Shown here piece after piece: positions 42,012-50,913 of a stretch of 64,000 nucleotides of DNA (its first letter is position 1; every line of letters begins with the position of its first letter). The notes under the pieces are model-generated. The model saw only the letters and a list, made by a program, of their open reading frames with translations. It was not told where the DNA came from and ran no database searches. Made by a program: the position numbers and the translations under genes. Source of the DNA: Candidatus Saccharimonadales bacterium (GTDB taxonomy: Bacteria; Patescibacteriota; Saccharimonadia; Saccharimonadales; DASZAF01); the NCBI GenBank assembly GCA_035945435.1, contig DASZAF010000016.1, positions 359 through 64,358 of the forward strand, in the 5' to 3' direction.

Positions 42012-42123
42012 ATATTCTGGTTGTGCCAAAACAGCAAAACTATGTTAGAATCTCGTCAGCTAGAGGGGTGGTGGGTACAGGCTATCTGCGAGTATTTTCT
42101 AGCGCATTTATACCAATCTAAGC

Positions 42124-42132
42124 TGATATAAT
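42124..42132 (+). promoter_or_regulatory. Extended -10 promoter (TGaTATAAT), near-leaderless
   Basis: TGATATAAT ends 10 nt before the ATG at 42143, with no Shine-Dalgarno. Confidence 0.45.
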
Positions 42133-42142
42133 TGGGACAACC

Positions 42143-43474
42143 ATGAGAATTTTGTTTGTGACAATCGATGCCGAAGAGAGTATGCGCGGCATCGGGGCGA
42201 TTATGAAGAATCTTATTCGGGCAGCCAGGGAAGATGGCCATGAGGTTGGTCTGCTCACGGGCATTCCGTACAAGCATGCATATGAGGGCAACAAAGAACT
42301 TCGCGACCGTGTCGAGCATATTCACCTTCAACATTACTTGCTCGAGGGGCGCAAGAGCTTTCGATACATGATCAAGGGTGGTTATCGAAGACGTACTGCC
42401 ATAAAGATGATGTTGAAGCTCAAGTTCTTGGAGCATTCGTTGATGAAGGTCCGTCCAGAACTACTTTCTGGCAAGAAGACGTTAGCGCACGAGCTAGACT
42501 TCATCATCCGAGCTCCATTCGCCTATCAGTTTATTGCCCGTAATAAAGCCCGGGTCAGCCGCATGATTGTCGGTCGGATCGCAAGAGCTTACGACGTAGA
42601 TGTTGTCTATGCTGTTTCGCCAACGATTCTGCGCAGTAAAGATCTTGGTCACAGGACCAAGCTGGTCACCTTTGTGCATGACATCATGCCACTTGAGCTG
42701 ATCGAAGACCCGGCAGATAACGGAACCCAGGTTCGTTTCGCCCGTCAGGTTGAAACAGCCCTCAAACACTCTGATTTAGTCCAAGTCAACTCAAAGAACA
42801 CGGCCGAAAAACTAAAGCCGTTCAAGCCTCGCTGTAAGGTTGATGTTGTCTATGGTGTAGTCTCGAGTGTTCCCGAAGACCTTTCAGACAGTGCGATACT
42901 CGAAATGAAGAACCTTCAACCACAGAACTATCTACTCTATGCTACAGGCATTGAAAAACGGAAGAATGTTGGCGGATTGCTCGAGGCCTACGCCATCGCT
43001 TATGATCGCATAAGGAAGCCGCTGGTCATTATCGGTGCACCGGCATTTGGGGTTGAGGATATCGTTGAGATCTACGAATCGTTGCCCGGCCATATTCAAG
43101 ACAACGTTCTCTTCACCGGCTTCATTAGCGAGGAAGACAAGTTTACGCTCTATAAGAACGCTCTCATCTTTACTTTTCCGAGCTTCTCGGAGGGCTTCAG
43201 TATTACTGTCCTTGAAGCTATGAGCTATGGCATACCCGTTCTAACCAGCCGAGGTGGTGCGCTACCAGAGACGGCAGCTGACGCAGCCTTATACGTTGAG
43301 AATCCATATGATATCCACGAGATTGCCGAAAAGATGGTGGAGCTGGCGAACAATCGAGCGCTGCGTACACGGCTGTCAGAGCTTGGCAGAGAGAGGCAGA
43401 GGCAGTTTACATTTAAACATTTCAAAGATAAGGTAGGCGATTCACTGAAGAGGCTTGAAAAGGAGGGTAAGTAG
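42143..43474 (+). CDS. Glycosyltransferase family 4
   Basis: The signature is FPSFSEGFSITVLEAMSYGIPVLTSRGGALPETAADAALYVENP. Confidence 0.8.
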   Translation: MRILFVTIDAEESMRGIGAIMKNLIRAAREDGHEVGLLTGIPYKHAYEGNKELRDRVEHIHLQHYLLEGRKSFRYMIKGGYRRRTAIKMMLKLKFLEHSLMKVRPELLSGKKTLAHELDFIIRAPFAYQFIARNKARVSRMIVGRIARAYDVDVVYAVSPTILRSKDLGHRTKLVTFVHDIMPLELIEDPADNGTQVRFARQVETALKHSDLVQVNSKNTAEKLKPFKPRCKVDVVYGVVSSVPEDLSDSAILEMKNLQPQNYLLYATGIEKRKNVGGLLEAYAIAYDRIRKPLVIIGAPAFGVEDIVEIYESLPGHIQDNVLFTGFISEEDKFTLYKNALIFTFPSFSEGFSITVLEAMSYGIPVLTSRGGALPETAADAALYVENPYDIHEIAEKMVELANNRALRTRLSELGRERQRQFTFKHFKDKVGDSLKRLEKEGK

Positions 43475-43478
43475 GTAA

Positions 43479-44417
43479 ATGGTTCCAGGAAGAGGGAAAA
43501 AGGGGTTTAACGCAGTAGACTTTATCAAGAACGCTCGGCACAAATCTGCTCCGTCTCCGGCAGACGAGTCAGCGGCTAAGATGGATGAGTCACTCTATTT
43601 CATCCATATGATCAAGAATGGTGCCACGGTTGCGACCGGTGAGCATGAGGCGCTCACTAGAATCTTTACTGGCCAGAAGATGTATGTTGATACGAGAGAC
43701 ATCTCACTAGCGCCACACCTGATGCTGGATGGCGTATGGGAAGAGAGTTTCACTAAGATCTTTCGTCGTTATCTTAAGCCTGACTCGGTTTTCTTTGATG
43801 TTGGTGCTAACTTCGGCTATTTTGGCCTCGTCGCTGGCACCGAGATAACCTCTGAGGGTAGTATCCACTTCTTTGAGCCAAACCCCTTGCTGGCGGCTTA
43901 CATAAAGAGGACTGTTTCAATCAACGGTATGTGGGGACGGTCGAAAGTCGTTCAAAAAGCAGTCGGTGCTTCCAGGGCAAAGTTGGCTCTGACTGTGCCT
44001 GGCGACTACTTCGGAAGCGCTAGTATGGTTATCGACGAACAGGTTGTTGCGGCATTTGTCGATAAAAAAGAACTTCGTTCGTTCAAGGTTGACCAAGTTT
44101 CGCTCGATGACTATGTTGAGGAGGCTGGACTCAAGAAAGTCGACGTCATGAAAATAGACGTCGAAGGTTATGAAGAGAGCGTCTATCGGGGCATGAATCA
44201 AACGATCAAGAAGAACCCTGATCTCGTTGTTTTTCTCGAGTTCACGGCGGGAAGTTATAAGGATCCCAAGGGATTTTTTAAACAGATCAAGAGGGACTTT
44301 AAGAATGTCTATCTCTGCGACGAGGTCCTCAAGCCAGTCGAAACAATCTCAGATCTTGATGAGACTATCAAGAAAGATGGTTTTGCAATGATTGCCTTCT
44401 CAAATATCAACCTTTAG
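43479..44417 (+). CDS. FkbM-family SAM-dependent methyltransferase
   Basis: SVFFDVGANFGYFGLVAG (motif I) is followed by VDVMKIDVEGYEESVYRGM, which is typical of FkbM-type methyltransferases. Confidence 0.75.
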   Translation: MVPGRGKKGFNAVDFIKNARHKSAPSPADESAAKMDESLYFIHMIKNGATVATGEHEALTRIFTGQKMYVDTRDISLAPHLMLDGVWEESFTKIFRRYLKPDSVFFDVGANFGYFGLVAGTEITSEGSIHFFEPNPLLAAYIKRTVSINGMWGRSKVVQKAVGASRAKLALTVPGDYFGSASMVIDEQVVAAFVDKKELRSFKVDQVSLDDYVEEAGLKKVDVMKIDVEGYEESVYRGMNQTIKKNPDLVVFLEFTAGSYKDPKGFFKQIKRDFKNVYLCDEVLKPVETISDLDETIKKDGFAMIAFSNINL

Positions 44418-44433
44418 ATTAAGAATCCTTAAT

Positions 44434-45168
44434 CTAGTCAGTATCGATCATTGCTTTTCCTGACTGTTTATGGCCGATCCAATCACCTGCTGTGTTTTTC
44501 TGGCCATAACTTGGTCCGCGATAGGCCCTGTTTGGGTCTTTTGCCTCCAACCCTTTTTTCAGAAGATCGTCACGGATAAAAAATGCGTTGACGCCTCTAC
44601 TCTCGCAGTATACAAGGCTATAACCTTTCGATTTAGCAATGTGATACATAGCCAGGAGACTACCGCCAAAGTAGTTGGTTGTGTCCCAGTAGTGTTTGGG
44701 ATCATACTTTATGGTTTTGGCCTGCCATGGCGGGATCGAAGCGTTGTATTCAGTCACCACCAAGCGGGGTCGGTAGCTGTTACTGAGACTCTTCCAGATC
44801 CAATAGTCGTTACTATCGATATCGATACAAAGAAAATCGAGATCATTTGGGACTGAGTACTTCTTGAAAAGGCGATTGATGTTCTCAGCTGTAACGAATT
44901 CTTTCTTAATCTCGGGTGAGTTATCATCTCGGCCATCCATCTGCAGAATCTGCCACCCAGACTCTTTGAGGAGGCGAGAGTTACATTCTACGCCATCTTC
45001 AACACCGAACTCAACGCCAAACCTACTTTCTGTCCCGGTACGATGAAGCAGCTCAGCGATAATACCGTCCTCGCCGTTCTGGGAGTAGACACTCTCCTCA
45101 AAGGGCTCGAGGTATCCTGGCCAGTACTTCCGCAGCAGTCTCTTCTGTTTCTGGGTTGATCTAAACAT
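44434..45168 (-). CDS. Hypothetical protein, FkbM-related methyltransferase-like fold
   Basis: The N-terminal YSQNGEDGIIAELL...FGVEFGVEDGVECNSRLL pattern recurs in uncharacterised methyltransferase-like proteins of glycan loci. Weak assignment. Confidence 0.35.
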   Translation of the reverse strand: MFRSTQKQKRLLRKYWPGYLEPFEESVYSQNGEDGIIAELLHRTGTESRFGVEFGVEDGVECNSRLLKESGWQILQMDGRDDNSPEIKKEFVTAENINRLFKKYSVPNDLDFLCIDIDSNDYWIWKSLSNSYRPRLVVTEYNASIPPWQAKTIKYDPKHYWDTTNYFGGSLLAMYHIAKSKGYSLVYCESRGVNAFFIRDDLLKKGLEAKDPNRAYRGPSYGQKNTAGDWIGHKQSGKAMIDTD

Positions 45169-45217
45169 GAACCTAAGTATAAGTTAATGATTAACGCACG
45201 AGAATAGTTCGGCCTGT

Positions 45218-47806
45218 CTAATTGACGATCACGTTAAAGTAGCCGAGACCGCCGATATTCCAGTTACTAGCACCTTCTAGAATCGGCTGTAACCATTCCT
45301 GATAGGTGCCGGCTGAGGTGCCAGACGGCACTTTGAAGTCGAAGCTGAACTTGACGATTTGGCCAGGTTGAACTTGATGCTGATTAGACGTTAGTGTCGC
45401 GCCATCAGACTGATAGACGGCTGCGAAACCCGTTGTCGGCCGGTTATTATCAGTCCATGTTGATGAGTCGTAGAACGGGCTCGGGTTGTTAATCGGGTTC
45501 GTCATAGCCATCACGAGCGGTGCGACACCAGGTGGGCTCGAGGTCTGGTCGTAGAGCGTGTCGTTTCCAGTGTTCTTATATTCAATCGTGACCGTGGAAG
45601 AGCTGCCAGGTGCTACAGAAGGATAGCCGCTAAAGTTATAGAACGACATGCTCCGGCTGTCTTGTTGTACAGTCACATTAGAGAATCCGTTACCACCTGT
45701 CATAACTCCTGGCCACGATGGGAAGTATGGCGCAAACCATTCTTGATAGGTGCCCGGGTTCTCGTTGGTGCCGGCCGTCCAGGTAATGTTAAACTGCACA
45801 TATTGCCCGGGCAGGACTTCATGTTGGTTAGAAGAGAGAGTTGAGTCGTCGCTGTTATAGACCGCCCCGAACGTGTTTGCTAGTGTGCCTGGCGACGGCC
45901 ATGTCCAGCTAAAGTCACTCGGTCGGTTATTGGGTCCCAGTGTTGCGAGAGTGACAGGGTCAACGCCAGTCGGTGCGCTAGTGCTGTCATACCAAGTCGC
46001 ATTACCAGTGTTTTGGTATTGGATCCATTCAGTTGATTGGCTACCAGGCATGAGATTCGGGTAATTCTGCATCTTCGTGAACTGGGCACTGTAGGTTGTC
46101 GGTTGGACAGTCACGTTGAAGAATCCATTACCACCCATCAGTGGGTTGACGTTATTCTCGACAACAGGCTGGACCCACTCCTGGTACGTTCCGGGGCTAG
46201 CCCAGACGGGTATTGTAAAGGTAAGGTTGAACTTTACAATCTGGGTCGGAGCAACTTGGTTCTGGTTTGAGGCAAGGGTACTGCCGTCGGAGTTATAGAC
46301 TGCCGCAAAACCAGTTGACGGGATGCTTGTGCTCGTCCATGCGGCGCTGAACGGGCTCGACCGTCCTTGCGGTGTCGTCTCGAGATCAACGTACGTGCCG
46401 CCTGAGGCCGCAGTCAGATTGTTCCAGGTGGTGTTACCGGTATTTTGGTATTCAATCCACTCCGAAGTCGATGAACCGGCTTGGGCTGATGGGTATCCTG
46501 ACATGTTGTAGTAAGACGCTGCGTAGGTTGAGAGAACGCCTATATAGAAGTAGCCGATGCCACCTGTGTTCCAGTTGCTGGCCCCCTCAAGGGCAGGTTG
46601 TAACCATTGAGTGTATGTGCCAACGGCTGTGTTGTTTGGTACCGAGAAGTCAAAGCTGAACTTGATTATCTGTCCTGGTTGGGCGACGTGCTGATTAGAG
46701 GCAAGAGTGGTTCCGTCTGAATTATAGACTGCTGCAAAACCGGTTGTCGGTCGCGTGTTATTGGTCCAGGTGCTGGAATCATAGAATGGACTCGGGTTGT
46801 TGATCGGGTTGGTCGTTGCAAGGACGAGAGGAGCAGTTCCGCCGGGTGCCGAAGTCTGATCGTATAAAGGATCAGTCCCTGTATTCTGATACTCAATCCA
46901 AACGGTACCGGTCGCACCGTCCTTTATATATGGGTACCCGCTAAAGTTATAGAATGTGGTCTGGTATGATGGCGCGTACGTGCTACCCCACCAGCTGACA
47001 AATGAGTCGACGAAGTTATAGCTCCCGCTATAGTAGTCACCGCAACACCCATATTGGGGAAGGCCGTAGAGGCCTTGAGGGTTGTTGTATACGTGCGGCG
47101 TGTAGCAGTAGAGCGACGAAGTCGAAGCATTCGGCAGAATGAAGTTGTTATAGTTGACTCCGTTGCCATCAAACCACGTGACATGACTACCTGGCACAAG
47201 AGCGCCTGAATAGAAGTTGGTGCTGCTGTTGCAGGCGTAGTTCAGATTTGAGTTCCACCAAGTGTTATCACCGTTAGCCCGCTCGTAGTTAAAGCGGAGC
47301 TGCCAGGTGGCGTTATCTACTTGGGTGAAGAAGCCCGGAAAACTACAGCCTCCGGAGTCAGGGCAGCCGTAACCCATAGCATAGTTGAGCTGCGAAGCGG
47401 TCGGATTCGGCGTTGTTACAAGTGACTGCTCTTTTTGGAGTGTGGCTAAGATTACCTGGGGGTTAATGCCGTAAGCTTGGCCGGCGTCATAGATGATCTT
47501 TGAGTCCGGCTCAGTCTGGCCGCAACTGTAGTACTGGGCCTCATAGGAGTAGGTTGGGTCAGATGTGCTGCCGCAGTTCTCAACGTCAGTCAGATTAGCA
47601 AGGCCACTCCCCTGAGCTCCTAGAAAAGATTGAATCTGGGAGGCGTTCATCGAGGTGTTATTGCGGAAGATTGAGTCGTCGATAAGGTATCTCGACCAGT
47701 TATCGTCAGATAAAGCATGTGCGTGAGGAGATGAAAACCCAAGTAGAGATAACACTGCGGCTACTGCTACAAGGCTTGTTATGAGTATGTACTTCTTCTT
47801 GGTCAT
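45218..47806 (-). CDS. Large secreted protein: Cys/aromatic-rich N-domain with a YGINPQVILATLQKEQSL motif, plus four tandem repeats of about 145 aa
   Basis: The protein has a signal peptide (…PHAHA-LS). The N-domain of about 280 aa resembles cell-wall or glycan hydrolase-associated domains. Four repeats share Y-x-N-x-S-G-Y-P...EYQNTGN...FAAVYNSDG-x-TL-x-SNQ...PGTYQEW. Confidence 0.6.
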   Translation of the reverse strand: MTKKKYILITSLVAVAAVLSLLGFSSPHAHALSDDNWSRYLIDDSIFRNNTSMNASQIQSFLGAQGSGLANLTDVENCGSTSDPTYSYEAQYYSCGQTEPDSKIIYDAGQAYGINPQVILATLQKEQSLVTTPNPTASQLNYAMGYGCPDSGGCSFPGFFTQVDNATWQLRFNYERANGDNTWWNSNLNYACNSSTNFYSGALVPGSHVTWFDGNGVNYNNFILPNASTSSLYCYTPHVYNNPQGLYGLPQYGCCGDYYSGSYNFVDSFVSWWGSTYAPSYQTTFYNFSGYPYIKDGATGTVWIEYQNTGTDPLYDQTSAPGGTAPLVLATTNPINNPSPFYDSSTWTNNTRPTTGFAAVYNSDGTTLASNQHVAQPGQIIKFSFDFSVPNNTAVGTYTQWLQPALEGASNWNTGGIGYFYIGVLSTYAASYYNMSGYPSAQAGSSTSEWIEYQNTGNTTWNNLTAASGGTYVDLETTPQGRSSPFSAAWTSTSIPSTGFAAVYNSDGSTLASNQNQVAPTQIVKFNLTFTIPVWASPGTYQEWVQPVVENNVNPLMGGNGFFNVTVQPTTYSAQFTKMQNYPNLMPGSQSTEWIQYQNTGNATWYDSTSAPTGVDPVTLATLGPNNRPSDFSWTWPSPGTLANTFGAVYNSDDSTLSSNQHEVLPGQYVQFNITWTAGTNENPGTYQEWFAPYFPSWPGVMTGGNGFSNVTVQQDSRSMSFYNFSGYPSVAPGSSSTVTIEYKNTGNDTLYDQTSSPPGVAPLVMAMTNPINNPSPFYDSSTWTDNNRPTTGFAAVYQSDGATLTSNQHQVQPGQIVKFSFDFKVPSGTSAGTYQEWLQPILEGASNWNIGGLGYFNVIVN
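45221..46972 (-). repeat. Four tandem coding repeats (about 430-440 nt each) inside the 862-aa gene
   Basis: Repeat boundaries fall at about aa 279, 426, 569 and 716. Repeats 1 and 4 share long near-identical stretches (NPINNPSPFYDSSTWT-x-N-x-RPTTGFAAVY...PGQI-x-KFSFDF). Confidence 0.7.
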
Positions 47807-47811
47807 CTAAT

Positions 47812-48384
47812 TTAAAACTTAACTGGTATTACAACCTCGTTAATCTGCCTGCCGTTCAGCTGATTATTGGCGGTATTGTAGACGTCGAGTTGCCCACCGC
47901 TGGCATAAGGAGTGAACTGTACCGTAGCCGTGAAGTTACTGTTCACAACGCTGATTGATCCTTGTGAGATCATGCCTGCTTGGTTATCGATCAGCGTGTA
48001 GAAGACAGGCCCGGCCGAGGCACTACCTACTATTGTATCACCGGAGTGAAACGTGCCGTTGGCCGAGGGTAGTTTCACGGTTACGAGTCCGTTTGAGGAC
48101 GTTGACCACTCGCTGGGATCTGTCGGGACGTTGTTGACAGAAGCACCATGCAGGTCTGTACCGGTGCCTTGTTGCACAATCGAGGATGGCTCAGGGCTCT
48201 TCGGCTTGTCTGTAGTTACAGGTGAGTGGTAGCTTGGCTTGCCGGGCGCACGAACAACCGGCGAAGAGTGTAGGAGGTGAATAGTGCCAGTTATCTCGAG
48301 TACTCCTAAAACAAGAACCGCCGCAACGATAACACCACTGGCGACCAGCAGCTTAGGTTTAAGGGTGCCTGTCTTCTTTTTCAT
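47812..48384 (-). CDS. Membrane-anchored protein with a C-terminal Gmad2-type Ig-like domain
   Basis: An N-terminal TM helix (LLVASGVIVAAVLVLGVL) and a Pro/Ser linker are followed by VTVKLPSANGTFHSGDTIVGSASAGPVFYTLIDNQAGMISQG...QLDVYNT...VVIPVKF. Confidence 0.45.
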   Translation of the reverse strand: MKKKTGTLKPKLLVASGVIVAAVLVLGVLEITGTIHLLHSSPVVRAPGKPSYHSPVTTDKPKSPEPSSIVQQGTGTDLHGASVNNVPTDPSEWSTSSNGLVTVKLPSANGTFHSGDTIVGSASAGPVFYTLIDNQAGMISQGSISVVNSNFTATVQFTPYASGGQLDVYNTANNQLNGRQINEVVIPVKF

Positions 48385-48452
48385 TTTTGTTTTGTGGCCT
48401 TTTTATCAAAATAACATCAAAAACTGCTTACGTAAACTATCAGATTACAATA

Positions 48453-48863
48453 CTACAACGGCTCCCCTTTAGATGAGGTTTTGAAGACAAGTCGTTTGTA
48501 GACTAAAAAATTCCAGCATGTGGTTATAGCTAAAGCTATGGTACGGCTCAAGATAATATAGCGACCAGGGAAGAGGCTCACTATGACGACTGTCAGCGAG
48601 TAGTTGAAGGCAACGAGTACGGCATACCAGACTATCTGCTTAGAGATGGCGCGGATCTCTTTCTGGTAGTCCTGGAAAGCAACCAGCTTTTGTAGAAGGA
48701 AGGAGATTAGCAGACCTACCCAAAAAGAGGCGCTAGCCGCAAGTGCTCTCGTCGTATGAAGACCGGCGTACAAACCAACAAGTATGGCGATGTCTATGAT
48801 ATAGGTGAGGCCGCCGATGAAGACGTATCTAAAGAGGGGTCGTTTAAGAGCTTTATCTAGCAT
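48453..48863 (-). CDS. GtrA-family membrane protein
   Basis: LFRYVFIGGLTYIIDIAILVGLY..., four TM helices and the C-terminal WNFLVYKRLVF motif. Confidence 0.8.
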   Translation of the reverse strand: MLDKALKRPLFRYVFIGGLTYIIDIAILVGLYAGLHTTRALAASASFWVGLLISFLLQKLVAFQDYQKEIRAISKQIVWYAVLVAFNYSLTVVIVSLFPGRYIILSRTIALAITTCWNFLVYKRLVFKTSSKGEPL

Positions 48864-48881
48864 ATGATTAGGGTATCATAG

Positions 48882-49844
48882 CTACTTCGGTAGGATAGAC
48901 TTTGTTTCGTCGATAATATAAAGTGGCCGGTTCTGGGTCTCGGTGTGGATACGAGATATATAAAGGGCAATAATGCCCTGCGAACTAAGGACGATGCCTA
49001 CCAGGAAAACAAGTAGGATACCCAGCATACCGGTACCGGTCACCTTCAGGTGCATGGGATCTCCCATGATCAGCTGTTCGACGATAACGAAGATGCCAAA
49101 GAGAAAAGCAATAAACGTAAAGATCGAACCGATGATGCTGAGTAAGTATAGCGGCGCCAGACTCAGTGAGATGAAGCTGTTCGTAAAGAGCTGGATTAGC
49201 ATCGAGACGTTATAGCTGGCCTTACCATGCATTCTAGGGTTGGCTACAAACTCAATAATGTCTTTATCAAAGCCGACCCAATCAATGAGACCACGAGTGA
49301 TGCGATTGCGTTCCGTTAATCGTTTAAATTCTTTCTGGACATCTTGGTCGATAAGACGGAAGTCGGTAGCTCCTGGTGTCAGACTCGTCCCGGACGTAGT
49401 GTTGAAGAGACTATAGAAGATCTTTGAGCCGTAGCGTTTTACAAGCCCTTCCTTCTGATTAGCTTTGCGGACTCCAATGATAACTTTGGCGCCACCGCGC
49501 CACTTCTTCAGGAAGTCATGGATGAGCTGAGGCGGATGCTGGCCATCAGCGTCGATCATAACGATGGCCTTCCCGCGGGCAACGTGGATGCCTGCCGTCG
49601 TTGCGGTCTCTTTACCAAAGTGGCGTGAGAAGCTGACGAGCCTTACTCGTGGATCCTTCTTGGCTAGCTTGCGTATCTCCTCAACTGTCCCGTCTGAGCT
49701 GCCGTCATTTATATATATGAGCTCATAGGTCAGGCCACGTTCTCGAGTCAGCTCTTTAGTGAGCTGTTTGTAGAAAGGTGCTGTATTCTTCTCCTCATTG
49801 TACGAGGGAACAATAACCGATAGTTGCACGGAGCTCGTTTTCAT
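48882..49844 (-). CDS. GT2 polyprenyl-phosphate glycosyltransferase (GtrB/ArnC/DPM1-like) with C-terminal TM helices
   Basis: The ATG at 49844 (MKTSSVQLSVIVPSYNEEKN) is preferred, because the track start at 49937 would overlap the divergent gene. YINDGSSDGT, IDADGQHPP and two C-terminal TM helices are present. Confidence 0.8.
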   Translation of the reverse strand: MKTSSVQLSVIVPSYNEEKNTAPFYKQLTKELTRERGLTYELIYINDGSSDGTVEEIRKLAKKDPRVRLVSFSRHFGKETATTAGIHVARGKAIVMIDADGQHPPQLIHDFLKKWRGGAKVIIGVRKANQKEGLVKRYGSKIFYSLFNTTSGTSLTPGATDFRLIDQDVQKEFKRLTERNRITRGLIDWVGFDKDIIEFVANPRMHGKASYNVSMLIQLFTNSFISLSLAPLYLLSIIGSIFTFIAFLFGIFVIVEQLIMGDPMHLKVTGTGMLGILLVFLVGIVLSSQGIIALYISRIHTETQNRPLYIIDETKSILPK

Positions 49845-49859
49845 GTACTTATAGTACAG

Positions 49860-49865
49860 TATAAT
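49860..49865 (+). promoter_or_regulatory. -10 box (TATAAT) 7 nt upstream of the ATG at 49873 (leaderless transcript predicted)
   Basis: The 28-bp divergent spacer reads GTACTTATAGTACAGTATAATATGCCAC-ATG. Confidence 0.4.
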
Positions 49866-49872
49866 ATGCCAC

Positions 49873-50913
49873 ATGATAGTTGTCATCTTCGCAGGTGGCT
49901 CGGGCACTCGTCTCTGGCCACTCTCTACAAACAACAACCCTAAACAGCTGCTGGAACTCTACGGAGATAAATCTCCGGTTCAGACGACCTATGAGCGAGC
50001 CAAATCTCTCAGCGATGATATCTACTTCGTCCCAGAGACACGCCTGACTAAATCAATCCAAGCCCAACTACCAGGTCTTCCCAAAGACCATTTTGTGGTG
50101 GAGCCTGGCCTGAAGGGTACAGTCAACTGCGTGTTGGCTGCTCTGGCCCACGTCACACCTAACCACGACCACGATGAGCCGATTGCTTTCATACACGCCG
50201 ATCATTTCATACGTGACCGCAAAGGGTTTGTCAAATCGTTTAAGACTGCTGAGAAGGTAACGAATGCAACGAAAGAGATTGTCTTGGTTGGCATCGAACC
50301 AACCTATCCGGCTACAGGATTCGAATATATCCAGAAGAATGGCGACACGGACGCTGAAGGTCTCGCCTATAATGTGCTGACTTTCAAGACCAGACCACCA
50401 TACGAGATAGCCCAGGAATACCTTAAGAGCGGGGATTACCTGTGGAACGCCGGCTACTTCATTGCTTCACTCAACACTTTCCTGCAGCAGATGAGCGACT
50501 ACACCCCAAATCTGAAAAAGGCATACGACAGATTGCTTGCAGCGAAGTCGAGAAAGGAGTTCGAAGAGATATATCTTGGGCTAGAGAGCGACACTATTGA
50601 CTTCGGTCTCATCCAAAAGGTTAAGCATCTCATGGTCGTCCCGGCTTCATTCGACTGGGTGGACGTCGGATCTTTTAAGGATCTCTATTCGGTCAGTGAG
50701 CACGACAAAAAGGGTAACCACACTAAGGGACCGAATATAGAACTCGACAACGTTGAAAACTCCTACATTCGCAATGAAGAGGACAAACCAATAGCCGTGA
50801 TAGGCCTAGATAACATAGTCGTCGTCAATAGCCCCAACGGCGTCTTGGTGGCTCGCAAGGATCTTTCGCAAAATGTGGGTAAGATTGCCAAAAAAGTTCA
50901 GGCTCTCGATTAA
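49873..50913 (+). CDS. Sugar-1-phosphate nucleotidyltransferase (mannose-1-phosphate guanylyltransferase-like)
   Basis: The N-terminus MIVVIFAGGSGTRLWPLS is the canonical NTP-transferase motif of ManC/CpsB-type enzymes. Confidence 0.8.
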   Translation: MIVVIFAGGSGTRLWPLSTNNNPKQLLELYGDKSPVQTTYERAKSLSDDIYFVPETRLTKSIQAQLPGLPKDHFVVEPGLKGTVNCVLAALAHVTPNHDHDEPIAFIHADHFIRDRKGFVKSFKTAEKVTNATKEIVLVGIEPTYPATGFEYIQKNGDTDAEGLAYNVLTFKTRPPYEIAQEYLKSGDYLWNAGYFIASLNTFLQQMSDYTPNLKKAYDRLLAAKSRKEFEEIYLGLESDTIDFGLIQKVKHLMVVPASFDWVDVGSFKDLYSVSEHDKKGNHTKGPNIELDNVENSYIRNEEDKPIAVIGLDNIVVVNSPNGVLVARKDLSQNVGKIAKKVQALD

